Source of the DNA: Patescibacteria group bacterium
GTDB taxonomy: Bacteria > Patescibacteriota > Microgenomatia > UBA8517
Direction: 5' to 3'
Assembly: GCA_042571305.1 (NCBI GenBank)
Contig: JBHPHS010000002.1
Coordinates: forward strand, 1 to 55,194
Length of the DNA stretch: 55,194 nucleotides
Shown here: positions 28,653 to 36,484 of the stretch, in pieces
Numbering within the stretch: the stretch's first letter is position 1
Layout: each line of letters opens with the position of its first letter
The notes under the pieces: model-generated
The model's database searches: none
What the model was told of the DNA's origin: nothing
What the model saw: the letters and a program-made list of their open reading frames with translations, nothing else
Translations under genes and position numbers: made by a program

Positions 28653-29194
28653 TGTTTAAAGTCTTTAGTGATGAAGCGATTGTTCTTGCCAGAAGAAACT
28701 TCTCAGAGGCGGACAGAATTCTTTCAGTTTATTCAAAGAGCCATGGCAGGATTTCTTTGATTGCTAAAGGAGTTAGGCGTCCCAAAAGCCGAAAAAGGGG
28801 ACATATCGAAGTTTTTAATATCATTAAATTTCAAGCAGCCAATGGTCATACCCTGGATATTGTTACCGAGGCCGAGATAATAACTCACTATAAAAAAATA
28901 AGAAAGAGTCTCAAAAAAGTATCACTTGCTTACTATATTTGTGAGGTTATAGGGAAAATTACTAAAGAAGGCGAGGAGAATAAAAAACTCTTTGAACTAA
29001 TTAAAGATACACTTGATAACCTTGAGGTTCAATCTGAACTGAAACTATTGAGAAAAGAATTTCTATCAGAATTATTGGTACTTTTAGGGTATTGGCCGAA
29101 AGGAAGACCTTTGGAAAACCCCGATGGAGTTTTAGAAGAGGTGGTTGAAAGGCAAATTAATAGCATTAGAGTTGGAAAGAGGGTTTTAGAATAG
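28652..29194 (+). CDS. recO: DNA repair protein RecO (short form)
   Basis: SDEAIVLARRNFSEADRILSVYSKSHGRISLIAKGVRRPKSRKRGHIEVFN matches the RecO OB-fold N-terminus. At 180 aa it is shorter than classical RecO. There is a TAATG overlap with the upstream gene. Confidence 0.7.
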   Translation: MFKVFSDEAIVLARRNFSEADRILSVYSKSHGRISLIAKGVRRPKSRKRGHIEVFNIIKFQAANGHTLDIVTEAEIITHYKKIRKSLKKVSLAYYICEVIGKITKEGEENKKLFELIKDTLDNLEVQSELKLLRKEFLSELLVLLGYWPKGRPLENPDGVLEEVVERQINSIRVGKRVLE

Positions 29195-29206
29195 AAAGAT
29201 TTAGGA

Positions 29207-29212
29207 TAAAAT
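29207..29212 (+). promoter_or_regulatory. -10-like box TAAAAT placed 6 nt before the znuC-like ATG
   Basis: If the hexamer spans -12..-7, the predicted +1 is 29219, the A of the start codon. No Shine-Dalgarno sequence is present. Confidence 0.3.
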
Positions 29213-29218
29213 AAGGTC

Positions 29219-29920
29219 ATGATCAAAGACGAGGTGCTTCTTAGTGTTTCAGGACTAAATGTTTCCTTTGACGGCAATAAGGTTCTTAGAGATGTAAACT
29301 TTGAAATAAAAAGAGATGATACTGTTGCGGTAATTGGCCCGAACGGTGCCGGAAAAACGGTACTTTTCAGGGCTCTTCTTGGACTTATACCATTTACAGG
29401 AGAAGTTAAGTGGGCTAAGGGGGTAAAGGTTGGTTACGTTCCTCAAAAGCTGGCAATAGCGGCTGATATTCCTCTTACCACGATGGAATTTTTTAAACTA
29501 AAAGAAAACAAGGAAGAAGAGATTAAGAAATCTTTGTCTTCAGTTGGATTAAAGGAGCATGTTTTGGATAAAAAGGTCGGTGTGCTTTCGGGGGGTGAGC
29601 TTCAAAGGGTACTTATTGCCTTTGCTCTTTTAAGAAAACCCGATGTGCTCCTTTTTGATGAACCCACAGCCGGGGCGGATATGGCAGCTGAGGAGACAAT
29701 TTATAGTCTTTTGAGAAAACTGCAAAAGGAGGAGGATCTGACAATATTTCTGATTTCCCATGAAGTGCAAGTTTTATATAAATACGCAAATCATATAATT
29801 TGCTTAAACCGTGAGAAGGTTTATTTTGGTCCACCTGGGGAAATACTTGACAGGAAAATTTTAACTAAAATCTATGGCGAGGATGTAGATATATTTCATC
29901 ACAATCATAATGGAGACTAA
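29219..29920 (+). CDS. ABC transporter ATP-binding protein, metal (Zn/Mn, ZnuC-like) type
   Basis: Walker A GPNGAGKT, signature LSGGELQR and Walker B LLLFDEP. Confidence 0.85.
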   Translation: MIKDEVLLSVSGLNVSFDGNKVLRDVNFEIKRDDTVAVIGPNGAGKTVLFRALLGLIPFTGEVKWAKGVKVGYVPQKLAIAADIPLTTMEFFKLKENKEEEIKKSLSSVGLKEHVLDKKVGVLSGGELQRVLIAFALLRKPDVLLFDEPTAGADMAAEETIYSLLRKLQKEEDLTIFLISHEVQVLYKYANHIICLNREKVYFGPPGEILDRKILTKIYGEDVDIFHHNHNGD

Positions 29921-30692
29921 CTTTATATTTTTAGCATTAGTTGGAATCTTTGTTGCCGCAGCAGCGGGTTACTTGGGGTCTTTTATGGTTATAAAAAGGA
30001 TGTCTTTGGTTGGTGACGCCCTGTCTCATGTTGCGCTACCCGGAATAGCTATTGCTTTAACCCTTGGAATTTCACCCATGCTTGGTGCTTTTGTTGCATT
30101 AACACTTGCGGTTTTGGGTGTTTGGTATTTAGGGGAGCATTCTGAGATTTATCCTGAAGCTTTAGTTGGAGTATTCTTTACGGCAAGTTTATCGTTAGGG
30201 GTACTAATTACTCCCGAACCTGAGCTTCTTGAAGCTCTTTTCGGCAACATTGAAAACATCAACCTAAGTGAGGGAATTGTAGCGATTATTCTTTCGATCT
30301 TGATTGTTTTGGCAACCTACCTGATTTCAAAAAAACTTATGCTCGGGGTGATTTCTGTAGATTTAGCAAAAACTTCCAAGGTCAATATTTCATTGACTAA
30401 TTTGATATATCTATTCTTGGTAGGTGTGGTTGTTGCTTTGGGAGTTAAGTTTGTAGGAACTTTACTTATGGGGGCATTAGTAATCATACCCGCGGCTAGT
30501 GCTAAAAACGTAAGTAAGGGTTTGTTTGCCTATGGTGCACTTTCTATACTTTTTGGAATTTTATCAGCCGCCGGAGGAATAGTAGCTTCTTTCATTCTGC
30601 ATATTTCTACAGGCCCCTTGGTTGTTTTGGTAAGTGTTGTTATATTTATCCTTAGCTACATTTTAAAGAAGAACTCTTCAGTGTTAGAATAA
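29910..30692 (+). CDS. ABC-3 family metal transporter permease (ZnuB-like)
   Basis: SFMVIKRMSLVGDALSHVALPGIAIA motif with about 8 TM helices. It overlaps the ATPase gene. Confidence 0.85.
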   Translation: METNFIFLALVGIFVAAAAGYLGSFMVIKRMSLVGDALSHVALPGIAIALTLGISPMLGAFVALTLAVLGVWYLGEHSEIYPEALVGVFFTASLSLGVLITPEPELLEALFGNIENINLSEGIVAIILSILIVLATYLISKKLMLGVISVDLAKTSKVNISLTNLIYLFLVGVVVALGVKFVGTLLMGALVIIPAASAKNVSKGLFAYGALSILFGILSAAGGIVASFILHISTGPLVVLVSVVIFILSYILKKNSSVLE

Positions 30693-30700
30693 TACTCACC

Positions 30701-31306
30701 ATGTTTGAAGTTATTTTTGATTGTGAAACCAAGAAGTTCTTTGACGAAGACAGTTTGTTTAATCCCGAAAAGTTGGGTGTTTCTGTCGTATCTTTGTACA
30801 AGAGGGAAATTGGAGATAACTTAGAGGAGAATAACGGAGAAATGCAAAGTTTTTGGGAAAAGGACTTTGCCGGCATGTGGGATATTTTTTCTAAGGCAGA
30901 TAGGATAATTGGTTTTAATTCCTTGGGATTTGACGTTATTGCCTTAAGCCCATACTCTCCCGTTTCTTTTAAAAAACTACCTCATTTTGACATTATGCAA
31001 AAAATAAAAGAAGTTGAAGGAAAAAGAGTCTCACTTAATGCAATTGCCAAAGCGACACTAGAAAGTCAAAAAATCGACAATGGTCAAAATGCTGTTTTAT
31101 ATTGGGAAAAAGGTGATAAACAAAGTTTAAACAAACTCAAAAAATACTGTGAAGCGGATGTGGCTATTACCAGAGATATTTATGATTTTGTATTAAAAAA
31201 CGGTAATTTGAAATATATTGACTTTTGGAATGAGGTTCGTAAAGTTGAATTGGACTTTACATACAAAAAAGACAATTCCTCAAGGGTTCAACATAGCCTC
31301 TTTTAA
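30701..31306 (+). CDS. DEDD-type 3'-5' exonuclease / RNase H-fold protein
   Basis: Three exonuclease-like motifs are present: FDCET, GFNSLGFDV and YCEADVAITRDIY. Confidence 0.55.
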   Translation: MFEVIFDCETKKFFDEDSLFNPEKLGVSVVSLYKREIGDNLEENNGEMQSFWEKDFAGMWDIFSKADRIIGFNSLGFDVIALSPYSPVSFKKLPHFDIMQKIKEVEGKRVSLNAIAKATLESQKIDNGQNAVLYWEKGDKQSLNKLKKYCEADVAITRDIYDFVLKNGNLKYIDFWNEVRKVELDFTYKKDNSSRVQHSLF

Positions 31307-32314
31307 GAAGTTTTGGATTTGAGAGAAATTGTTATTTCCCGTTTTAGGCAAAAGAATATATTGGCCGCTAGAGTTATTAGAAGAGCTAAGCATGTTGTCC
31401 TCCGTAAGATGGATTTGGGTAATTTTATATTCGTTGGGGTTTGTAAATAAGGCAAGGAGGTTATTAACTGCTTGAATATCCAAATCAGAGTTAACCATAC
31501 TGAAAAGTGAGTTTATTATTGAACTTGAGTTTTGTAAGGCATTTAGGGAAATCAGCTTATTGGTAATTGCGGAAAGGACTGCAAACTGTCTTTCTGAGCG
31601 GCCAAAGTCACTATCCCCATGACGGGATCGTACAAATTTAAGGGCAGTCTCTCCATCAATCTTAATAGGTCCTTTGTCAAAATGAAGTTGTTCATATCTA
31701 CATTCAAATTGTTTTTCTAGTTCAAATCCGAAGTATTTTGCTTTAAAGTCATCAATCTTTTCTTGATCATATCCACAGGTATTATTTTCCTCGCCTTTTA
31801 TGGGATAAAATTCGTCAGTAAATGAGTTGGGAACATCAACTTCCAGTCCACCAAGAGTGTCAATTATTTTTTCAAAGTTGGAAAAATCAACAGCAACAAA
31901 ATAGTTAGCAGGAAGGTCTGTAACTTGGTTAACAATGTTTTTTGATTTATCACCTCCACCCTGAACGAAAGCTTCGTTTATTTTATTATTTATATTTTCG
32001 ATCCAAAGATCTCTGGGTATTGAAACAAGTGCTGCGCTTTTGTTTTCCGGATTTGCATAAAATAAGATAATGCTATCCGTAAGATTTCCTCCATCATGAC
32101 CTGCTCCTCCGTAACCTAATAAAACTACACCAAGCTCTTGAGAAGAATTTATCTCTTTAGAAGTATTTTCCACAAATTGGTTAAAAGGTAAAACAGCTGA
32201 GCCTTTGTTGGTTGGGAGATTTTTTCCGAGAATTAAATATGTTGACAAAAACCCTAAAACAAATAAAGATATTAATATGACAATAAATAAAAGTCTATTT
32301 TTAAAAAAACCCAT
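31280..32314 (-). CDS. LytR-CpsA-Psr (LCP) family glycopolymer-to-peptidoglycan ligase
   Basis: N-terminal TM helix, with LTDSIILFYANPENKSAALVSIPRDLW and RSRHGDSDFGRSERQ motifs. Confidence 0.85.
   Translation of the reverse strand: MGFFKNRLLFIVILISLFVLGFLSTYLILGKNLPTNKGSAVLPFNQFVENTSKEINSSQELGVVLLGYGGAGHDGGNLTDSIILFYANPENKSAALVSIPRDLWIENINNKINEAFVQGGGDKSKNIVNQVTDLPANYFVAVDFSNFEKIIDTLGGLEVDVPNSFTDEFYPIKGEENNTCGYDQEKIDDFKAKYFGFELEKQFECRYEQLHFDKGPIKIDGETALKFVRSRHGDSDFGRSERQFAVLSAITNKLISLNALQNSSSIINSLFSMVNSDLDIQAVNNLLALFTNPNEYKITQIHLTEDNMLSSSNNSSGQYILLPKTGNNNFSQIQNFLKEAMLNP
32242..32270 (+). promoter_or_regulatory. TTGACA-17 nt-AAAGAT promoter-like element upstream of tspO, inside the LCP coding region
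   Basis: TTGACA lies at 32242-32247 and AAAGAT at 32265-32270. The predicted +1 is 32277, the A of an in-frame tspO ATG. Confidence 0.3.
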
Positions 32315-32774
32315 GCTTCTATTTTACTCTATATTTCTTTGTCAGTTAGCTGGAATATTAGGTTCCGTTTTTACAATATCTTCAATACCTACCTGGTATG
32401 CGGGACTAATTAAACCTTCTTTTAACCCACCCGGTTGGCTTTTTGGACCAGTATGGACAATTTTATATACCTTAATGGGAATAAGCTTGTTTCTTATTTG
32501 GAAAAAGGGGTTTAACAAAAAAAGAGTTAAGGATGCAATTGTCATTTTTGCAATTCAGCTTGGCTTAAATGCTATATGGTCGCCAATATTTTTTGGTTTA
32601 AAAAACACACTTTTAGCATTATTCGTGATAGTTGTACTTTTATTTTTTTTATTAAGAACTATATTTTCTTTTTATAAAATAAACAAAACCGCAAGCTATC
32701 TTTTAATTCCTTACCTTTTGTGGAGTAGCTTTGCAACAGTTCTTAACTTCTCAATCTGGTTTTTAAATAGATAG
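32277..32774 (+). CDS. tspO: TspO/MBR family tryptophan-rich sensory protein
   Basis: WYAGLIKPSFNPPGWLFGPVWTILYTLMGISLFLIW is the TspO signature, and five TM helices are present. The start is ambiguous: ATG 32277 or ATG 32313 (the ORF-track TTG at 32205 is unlikely). Confidence 0.8.
   Translation: MTINKSLFLKKPMLLFYSIFLCQLAGILGSVFTISSIPTWYAGLIKPSFNPPGWLFGPVWTILYTLMGISLFLIWKKGFNKKRVKDAIVIFAIQLGLNAIWSPIFFGLKNTLLALFVIVVLLFFLLRTIFSFYKINKTASYLLIPYLLWSSFATVLNFSIWFLNR
32321..32326 (-). promoter_or_regulatory. -10-like box TAAAAT (minus strand) 6 nt before the LCP ATG
   Basis: The minus strand reads TAAAATagaagcATG, so the predicted +1 coincides with the A of the start codon. The box lies inside the tspO coding region. 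Confidence 0.3.
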
Positions 32775-32873
32775 TTACTACTTAAAAAAGGTTTAATTAT
32801 TTTGTAAACATATCCTTCTATGATTGGTTGTGAATTTGCCAAAAGAAACAACAGAAAAAATCAAGATAATTCC

Positions 32874-32882
32874 TGTTATAAT
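32874..32882 (+). promoter_or_regulatory. Extended -10 box TGtTATAAT 6 nt before the glyQS ATG
   Basis: TATAAT lies at 32877-32882. The predicted +1 is 32889, the A of the start codon. No Shine-Dalgarno sequence is present. Confidence 0.4.
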
Positions 32883-32888
32883 TAATTT

Positions 32889-34136
32889 ATGAACACGATG
32901 GAAAAAATTACTTCACTTGCTAAAAGACGTGGATTTATTTTCCAAGGAAGTGAGATCTACGGGGGTTATCAGGGATTTTGGGATTATGGACCTTTAGGGG
33001 TTGAGCTTAAAAACAATATTAAACGTCTTTGGTGGAAAGATATGGTCTATTTGCGAGATGATGTTGTAGGTATTGATGCTGCTATAGTTATGAATCCTAA
33101 GGTGTGGGAGTCATCAGGACACCTTAAGGCATTTACAGACCCTTTAGTTGAATGTAAAGAGTGTCATCATCGATTTAGGGTTGACGCAGTTAAGGATAAG
33201 TGTCCGGATTGTGGTGGAGAATTTACCAAGCCCAAGACTTTTAACTTAATGACAGAGGTTTTGCTAGGAACAACAGAGCCTAAAGAAAAAGCCTATCTTA
33301 GAGGAGAGATTACCCAGGGAGTTTTTGTTAACTTTGAAAATGTGATTAATTCAACACGGGTTAAAATACCCTTTGGTATTGCACAAATTGGTAAAGCATT
33401 CAGAAATGAAATAACACCAGGAAACTTCACCTTCAGAAGTCGTGAGTTTGAACAAATGGAGCTTGAGTATTTTGTTAAACCTGATGAAAAGGAAAGCAAA
33501 AAGACTTTTGAGTACTGGAAAGATCTGAGAATGAAATGGTATAGGGACCTTGGGATAAATTCAAAGAAACTGAGATTTTACGAGCATAAAGAGGATGAAA
33601 AAGCACATTATGCAAAGCATGCTTTTGATATTGAATATCAAGCTCCTTTTGGTTGGAGTGAATTTGAAGGAATTCACCATAGGGGTGATTTTGATTTGAA
33701 AAACCACAAACTTTCGTATGAGGGTTATACTCCTTGGGTAATAGAAACATCAGGTGGTGTAGACAGAACCGCCCTATTTTTTCTTATAGATGCCTACAAT
33801 GAAGAAGGAGAAAGGGTTATTCTTAAGCTTGATCCGAAACTTGCTCCTTATAAGGTTGCCGTGTTTCCTCTTTTAGCAAATAAGGAAGAGTTAGTTGATA
33901 AAGCACAGAAAATATACGAAGAATTAAAGAAAGACTTGGTTGTAACGTGGGATGACAGGGGAAATATTGGTAAGCGCTATTTTGCCCAGGATGAAATTGG
34001 AACTCCTTGGTGTGTTACGGTGGATTTCGATTCTCTTAAAGACAATTCCGTTACCATACGTGATCGGGACAGTGCTAAGCAAGAAAGAGTACCTGTTGAC
34101 AAGCTGCTTGCTTACTTTCAAAATGAATTAGGATAA
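32889..34136 (+). CDS. glyQS: Glycine--tRNA ligase (dimeric GlyQS type)
   Basis: KRRGFIFQGSEIYGGYQGFWDYGPLGVELKNNIKRLWW, FRNEITPGNFTFRSREFEQMELEYF and a C-terminal anticodon-binding domain. Confidence 0.95.
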   Translation: MNTMEKITSLAKRRGFIFQGSEIYGGYQGFWDYGPLGVELKNNIKRLWWKDMVYLRDDVVGIDAAIVMNPKVWESSGHLKAFTDPLVECKECHHRFRVDAVKDKCPDCGGEFTKPKTFNLMTEVLLGTTEPKEKAYLRGEITQGVFVNFENVINSTRVKIPFGIAQIGKAFRNEITPGNFTFRSREFEQMELEYFVKPDEKESKKTFEYWKDLRMKWYRDLGINSKKLRFYEHKEDEKAHYAKHAFDIEYQAPFGWSEFEGIHHRGDFDLKNHKLSYEGYTPWVIETSGGVDRTALFFLIDAYNEEGERVILKLDPKLAPYKVAVFPLLANKEELVDKAQKIYEELKKDLVVTWDDRGNIGKRYFAQDEIGTPWCVTVDFDSLKDNSVTIRDRDSAKQERVPVDKLLAYFQNELG

Positions 34137-34819
34137 TGAAGAAATACATCCCTTTTATACTTCTTGTTGTTGGGGTTTTGGTTGTTATAGTTGCAATATT
34201 TGTGGTAAAGAAAAACATTTCCAAAGGGACTGTTGATGAAGATGAGGAAACAGCTGTTGAAGTGCCTTTTTCTCAAAGACCTTTTGCCTCACTTTCCCCT
34301 TCCTCAGATGGTCACTGGCTGACACTTAAAGTTGAGAACATAATAATTGAAAAAGCCTCATCAATGGATTATGAACTTTTGTATTCTCTTCCCGACGGTA
34401 GAACCCAGGGTGTACCCGGAACTGTTTCTTTGGATGATGAAAGTAAAATAGAAAGAGAGCTTCTTTTAGGTTCGGAATCCTCAGGTAAGTTTAGGTATGA
34501 TGAGGGTGTAGAAGAAGGGGCCTTAACCTTACGCTTTAGAAACACCACAGGCAAGCTGTTAACCAAATTTATCACAAAGTGGTATCTGCAGTCCGGAAAG
34601 ACTGTCTTAAGCGTTCAAGATGGAGACTTTAGCTTTGATCTGGCTAAAATTTCCAAGGACTTTTTTGTTGTTATGCAAACATTTGGCATGCCTGCCGGAA
34701 GTAGTGTAGAAAGTGTCTCTGCGGGCCCCTATGGTGTGTTTACGTCCGCCTCAGTGCTTCCTAGCGGATCTGCTCCAGAAGGGTGGCAAAAGGTAGGTAC
34801 AAACGTCTTTTATAAATAA
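34136..34819 (+). CDS. Hypothetical N-terminally membrane-anchored protein
   Basis: 227-aa ORF with one TM helix (IPFILLVVGVLVVIVAIFVV) followed by a soluble domain of no family I recognise. There is a TAATG overlap with glyQS. Confidence 0.55.
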   Translation: MKKYIPFILLVVGVLVVIVAIFVVKKNISKGTVDEDEETAVEVPFSQRPFASLSPSSDGHWLTLKVENIIIEKASSMDYELLYSLPDGRTQGVPGTVSLDDESKIERELLLGSESSGKFRYDEGVEEGALTLRFRNTTGKLLTKFITKWYLQSGKTVLSVQDGDFSFDLAKISKDFFVVMQTFGMPAGSSVESVSAGPYGVFTSASVLPSGSAPEGWQKVGTNVFYK

Positions 34820-34858
34820 ATCTCCTTAAAAAGTTTCTTTTGTGAAATACCTACTTGA

Positions 34859-34876
34859 CATGCCGTGAAAGGCATG
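34859..34876. repeat. Perfect inverted repeat CATGCC-N6-GGCATG in the mraZ upstream region
   Basis: Read directly: CATGCC at 34859-34864, gtgaaa, then GGCATG at 34871-34876. It overlaps a TTGACA at 34855-34860. Confidence 0.6.
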
Positions 34877-34878
34877 GA

Positions 34879-34905
34879 AAAATGGTTTGTAGTGGTGGAA
34901 AGTGG
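34879..34905 (+). promoter_or_regulatory. Three 10-bp phased direct repeats (AAAATGG / GTAGTGG / AAAGTGG), candidate MraZ operator
   Basis: The repeats start at 34879, 34889 and 34899, 22-48 nt upstream of the mraZ ATG. GTG-containing repeats with 10-bp periodicity are the reported MraZ binding architecture. Confidence 0.45.
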
Positions 34906-34926
34906 TGTTACCTGCCCATAATAACC

Positions 34927-35349
34927 ATGTTAATAGGATCATATTTGGGCAGCTTGAGTGAGAGAAGAAGAGTAGCTGTACCTAAAAAATTTTTAAATGA
35001 GATTGGAGAAAGTCCTATTATTGCTAAATGGTATGAGGACTGTCTTATTTTGGTAAGTTCCAAATTTTGGGATAGTCTTTTTGAAAGATTAACTGGAGGT
35101 AAAAAGGCAATAGGGTATGGAATCAGAGATATTGAGAGGTTCATTTTAGGCTCTGCCTTTGAGGCTATAGCTGATGAACAAGGAAGAATAATAATTCCTG
35201 AGATTTTGGCAAAATATGCAAATTTAGGAAAGGAATTGGTTTTTGTAGGTTTAAAAGACAGAGTTGAAATTTGGCCGAAGGAGATCTGGGACAGCAGAAG
35301 CAGTGAGCTCGCAAAAAGTACAAAAGAGTATATTGAAAGTTTGACATAA
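34927..35349 (+). CDS. mraZ: Transcriptional regulator MraZ
   Basis: MLIGSYLGSLSERRRVAVPKKF and a second SpoVT/AbrB-like half (DEQGRIIIPEILAKYANL). The start is moved from the ORF-track 34855 to ATG 34927. Confidence 0.9.
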   Translation: MLIGSYLGSLSERRRVAVPKKFLNEIGESPIIAKWYEDCLILVSSKFWDSLFERLTGGKKAIGYGIRDIERFILGSAFEAIADEQGRIIIPEILAKYANLGKELVFVGLKDRVEIWPKEIWDSRSSELAKSTKEYIESLT

Positions 35350-35351
35350 GA

Positions 35352-36194
35352 ATGAAAGAGACAATATTTCACCAACCTGTGATGTTGCAGGAAGTGATAG
35401 ATGCGTTGCACATTAAAAAAGGTTTTTATTATATAGATGCGACCTTAGGAACCGGAGGACATGCTTTGGAAATTATCAAAGCTGGGGGAAGGCTGTTGGG
35501 TATTGAAAGAGATCCTAAGATTTTATCTGTTGCAAGAAAGAGATTGTTTAAAGCTTGCCCTACTCCTAAATTGATACTGGGCAACTTTGTTGACATTGAT
35601 CAAATTGCGAATGATGCAAATATGGCTCAAGTTAACGGTGTTGTTTTTGATTTAGGGGTTAACAATCTTCATTTAACAGATACAGAAAGGGGATTCTCTT
35701 TTAAAAATACCAATGCCCCTCTAGACATGCGGCTAGACCCCGATTCGCAGAATGTAACGGCCGCAGATTTGCTAAATGTTCTTGATATAACTCAACTTGG
35801 TAACCTGTTTTCAAAAACAATGAAGTACCCTGATGCAAGAGAGTTGGCAAAAAGGATTGTTGAGGATAGGCCGATATTAACAGTTGCGGATCTTAATAAT
35901 ATTGCATTTAGCCTGCCGTACAAAAGAAAGCTAAATAGGCTAACCTTGCCGATGTTGGCATTAAGAATGGCGGTTAATAGCGAGCTTGAAAACCTGAAGG
36001 AAGCTTTGCCTAAAGCGTTTAAGCTTTTAGGAAAGACGGGAAAACTCATTGTTATTAGTTTCCATTCTGCGGAAGATGCCATTGTTAAGGATTTTTTCGG
36101 TGGTAGAGGAGAGCTTATTTTACCAAATAAGATGGAGATTAATAAAAACCTTTATGCAAGAAGTGCAAAAATGAGGGTTTTGACAAAAATATGA
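35352..36194 (+). CDS. rsmH: 16S rRNA (cytosine1402-N4)-methyltransferase RsmH
   Basis: HQPVMLQEVIDAL...YIDATLGTGGHALEI and FDLGVNNLHL, ISFHSAEDAIVK motifs. Confidence 0.95.
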   Translation: MKETIFHQPVMLQEVIDALHIKKGFYYIDATLGTGGHALEIIKAGGRLLGIERDPKILSVARKRLFKACPTPKLILGNFVDIDQIANDANMAQVNGVVFDLGVNNLHLTDTERGFSFKNTNAPLDMRLDPDSQNVTAADLLNVLDITQLGNLFSKTMKYPDARELAKRIVEDRPILTVADLNNIAFSLPYKRKLNRLTLPMLALRMAVNSELENLKEALPKAFKLLGKTGKLIVISFHSAEDAIVKDFFGGRGELILPNKMEINKNLYARSAKMRVLTKI

Positions 36195-36484
36195 AAAGAA
36201 AATTTAACAAAAAAACATATTTGCTTATTTTAATTACTGGGCTTTTTTTGGTTTCATCTGTATATTTGACCATTCAAACAGTCACAACTGGAGCTGAATT
36301 GGTTGAACTTGATAGTCAGAAAGATGGGTGTTTAAACAATAGGAGGGATTTGGAAAATGAGCTTGTAAAAAGTGTTTCGGTCAGTAATTTGGTGGAAAAA
36401 AGCAGTGAGCTTGGTTTTGTTAAACCTGATGAAGAGAGTATAGTTTATATATCCGCAGATGAAGCTGTAGCCAAGCTTCCATGA
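36191..36484 (+). CDS. ftsL: FtsL-like small bitopic division protein
   Basis: 97 aa with a single TM helix followed by a short helical region. It sits in the canonical position between rsmH and ftsI. The call rests on position and topology only. Confidence 0.55.
   Translation: MKRKFNKKTYLLILITGLFLVSSVYLTIQTVTTGAELVELDSQKDGCLNNRRDLENELVKSVSVSNLVEKSSELGFVKPDEESIVYISADEAVAKLP

Noticed and set aside
32775-32888. Possible T-box or other riboswitch leader upstream of glyQS
   Set aside because: The gap is only 114 nt, with no visible specifier-loop or T-box consensus and no terminator or antiterminator stems. An extended -10 box sits 6 nt before the ATG, so the gap is better read as promoter DNA.
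34908-35411. 167-aa minus-strand ORF covering mraZ and the rsmH start
   Set aside because: It is antisense to two highly conserved genes and low in complexity, with no motif. It is a shadow ORF.
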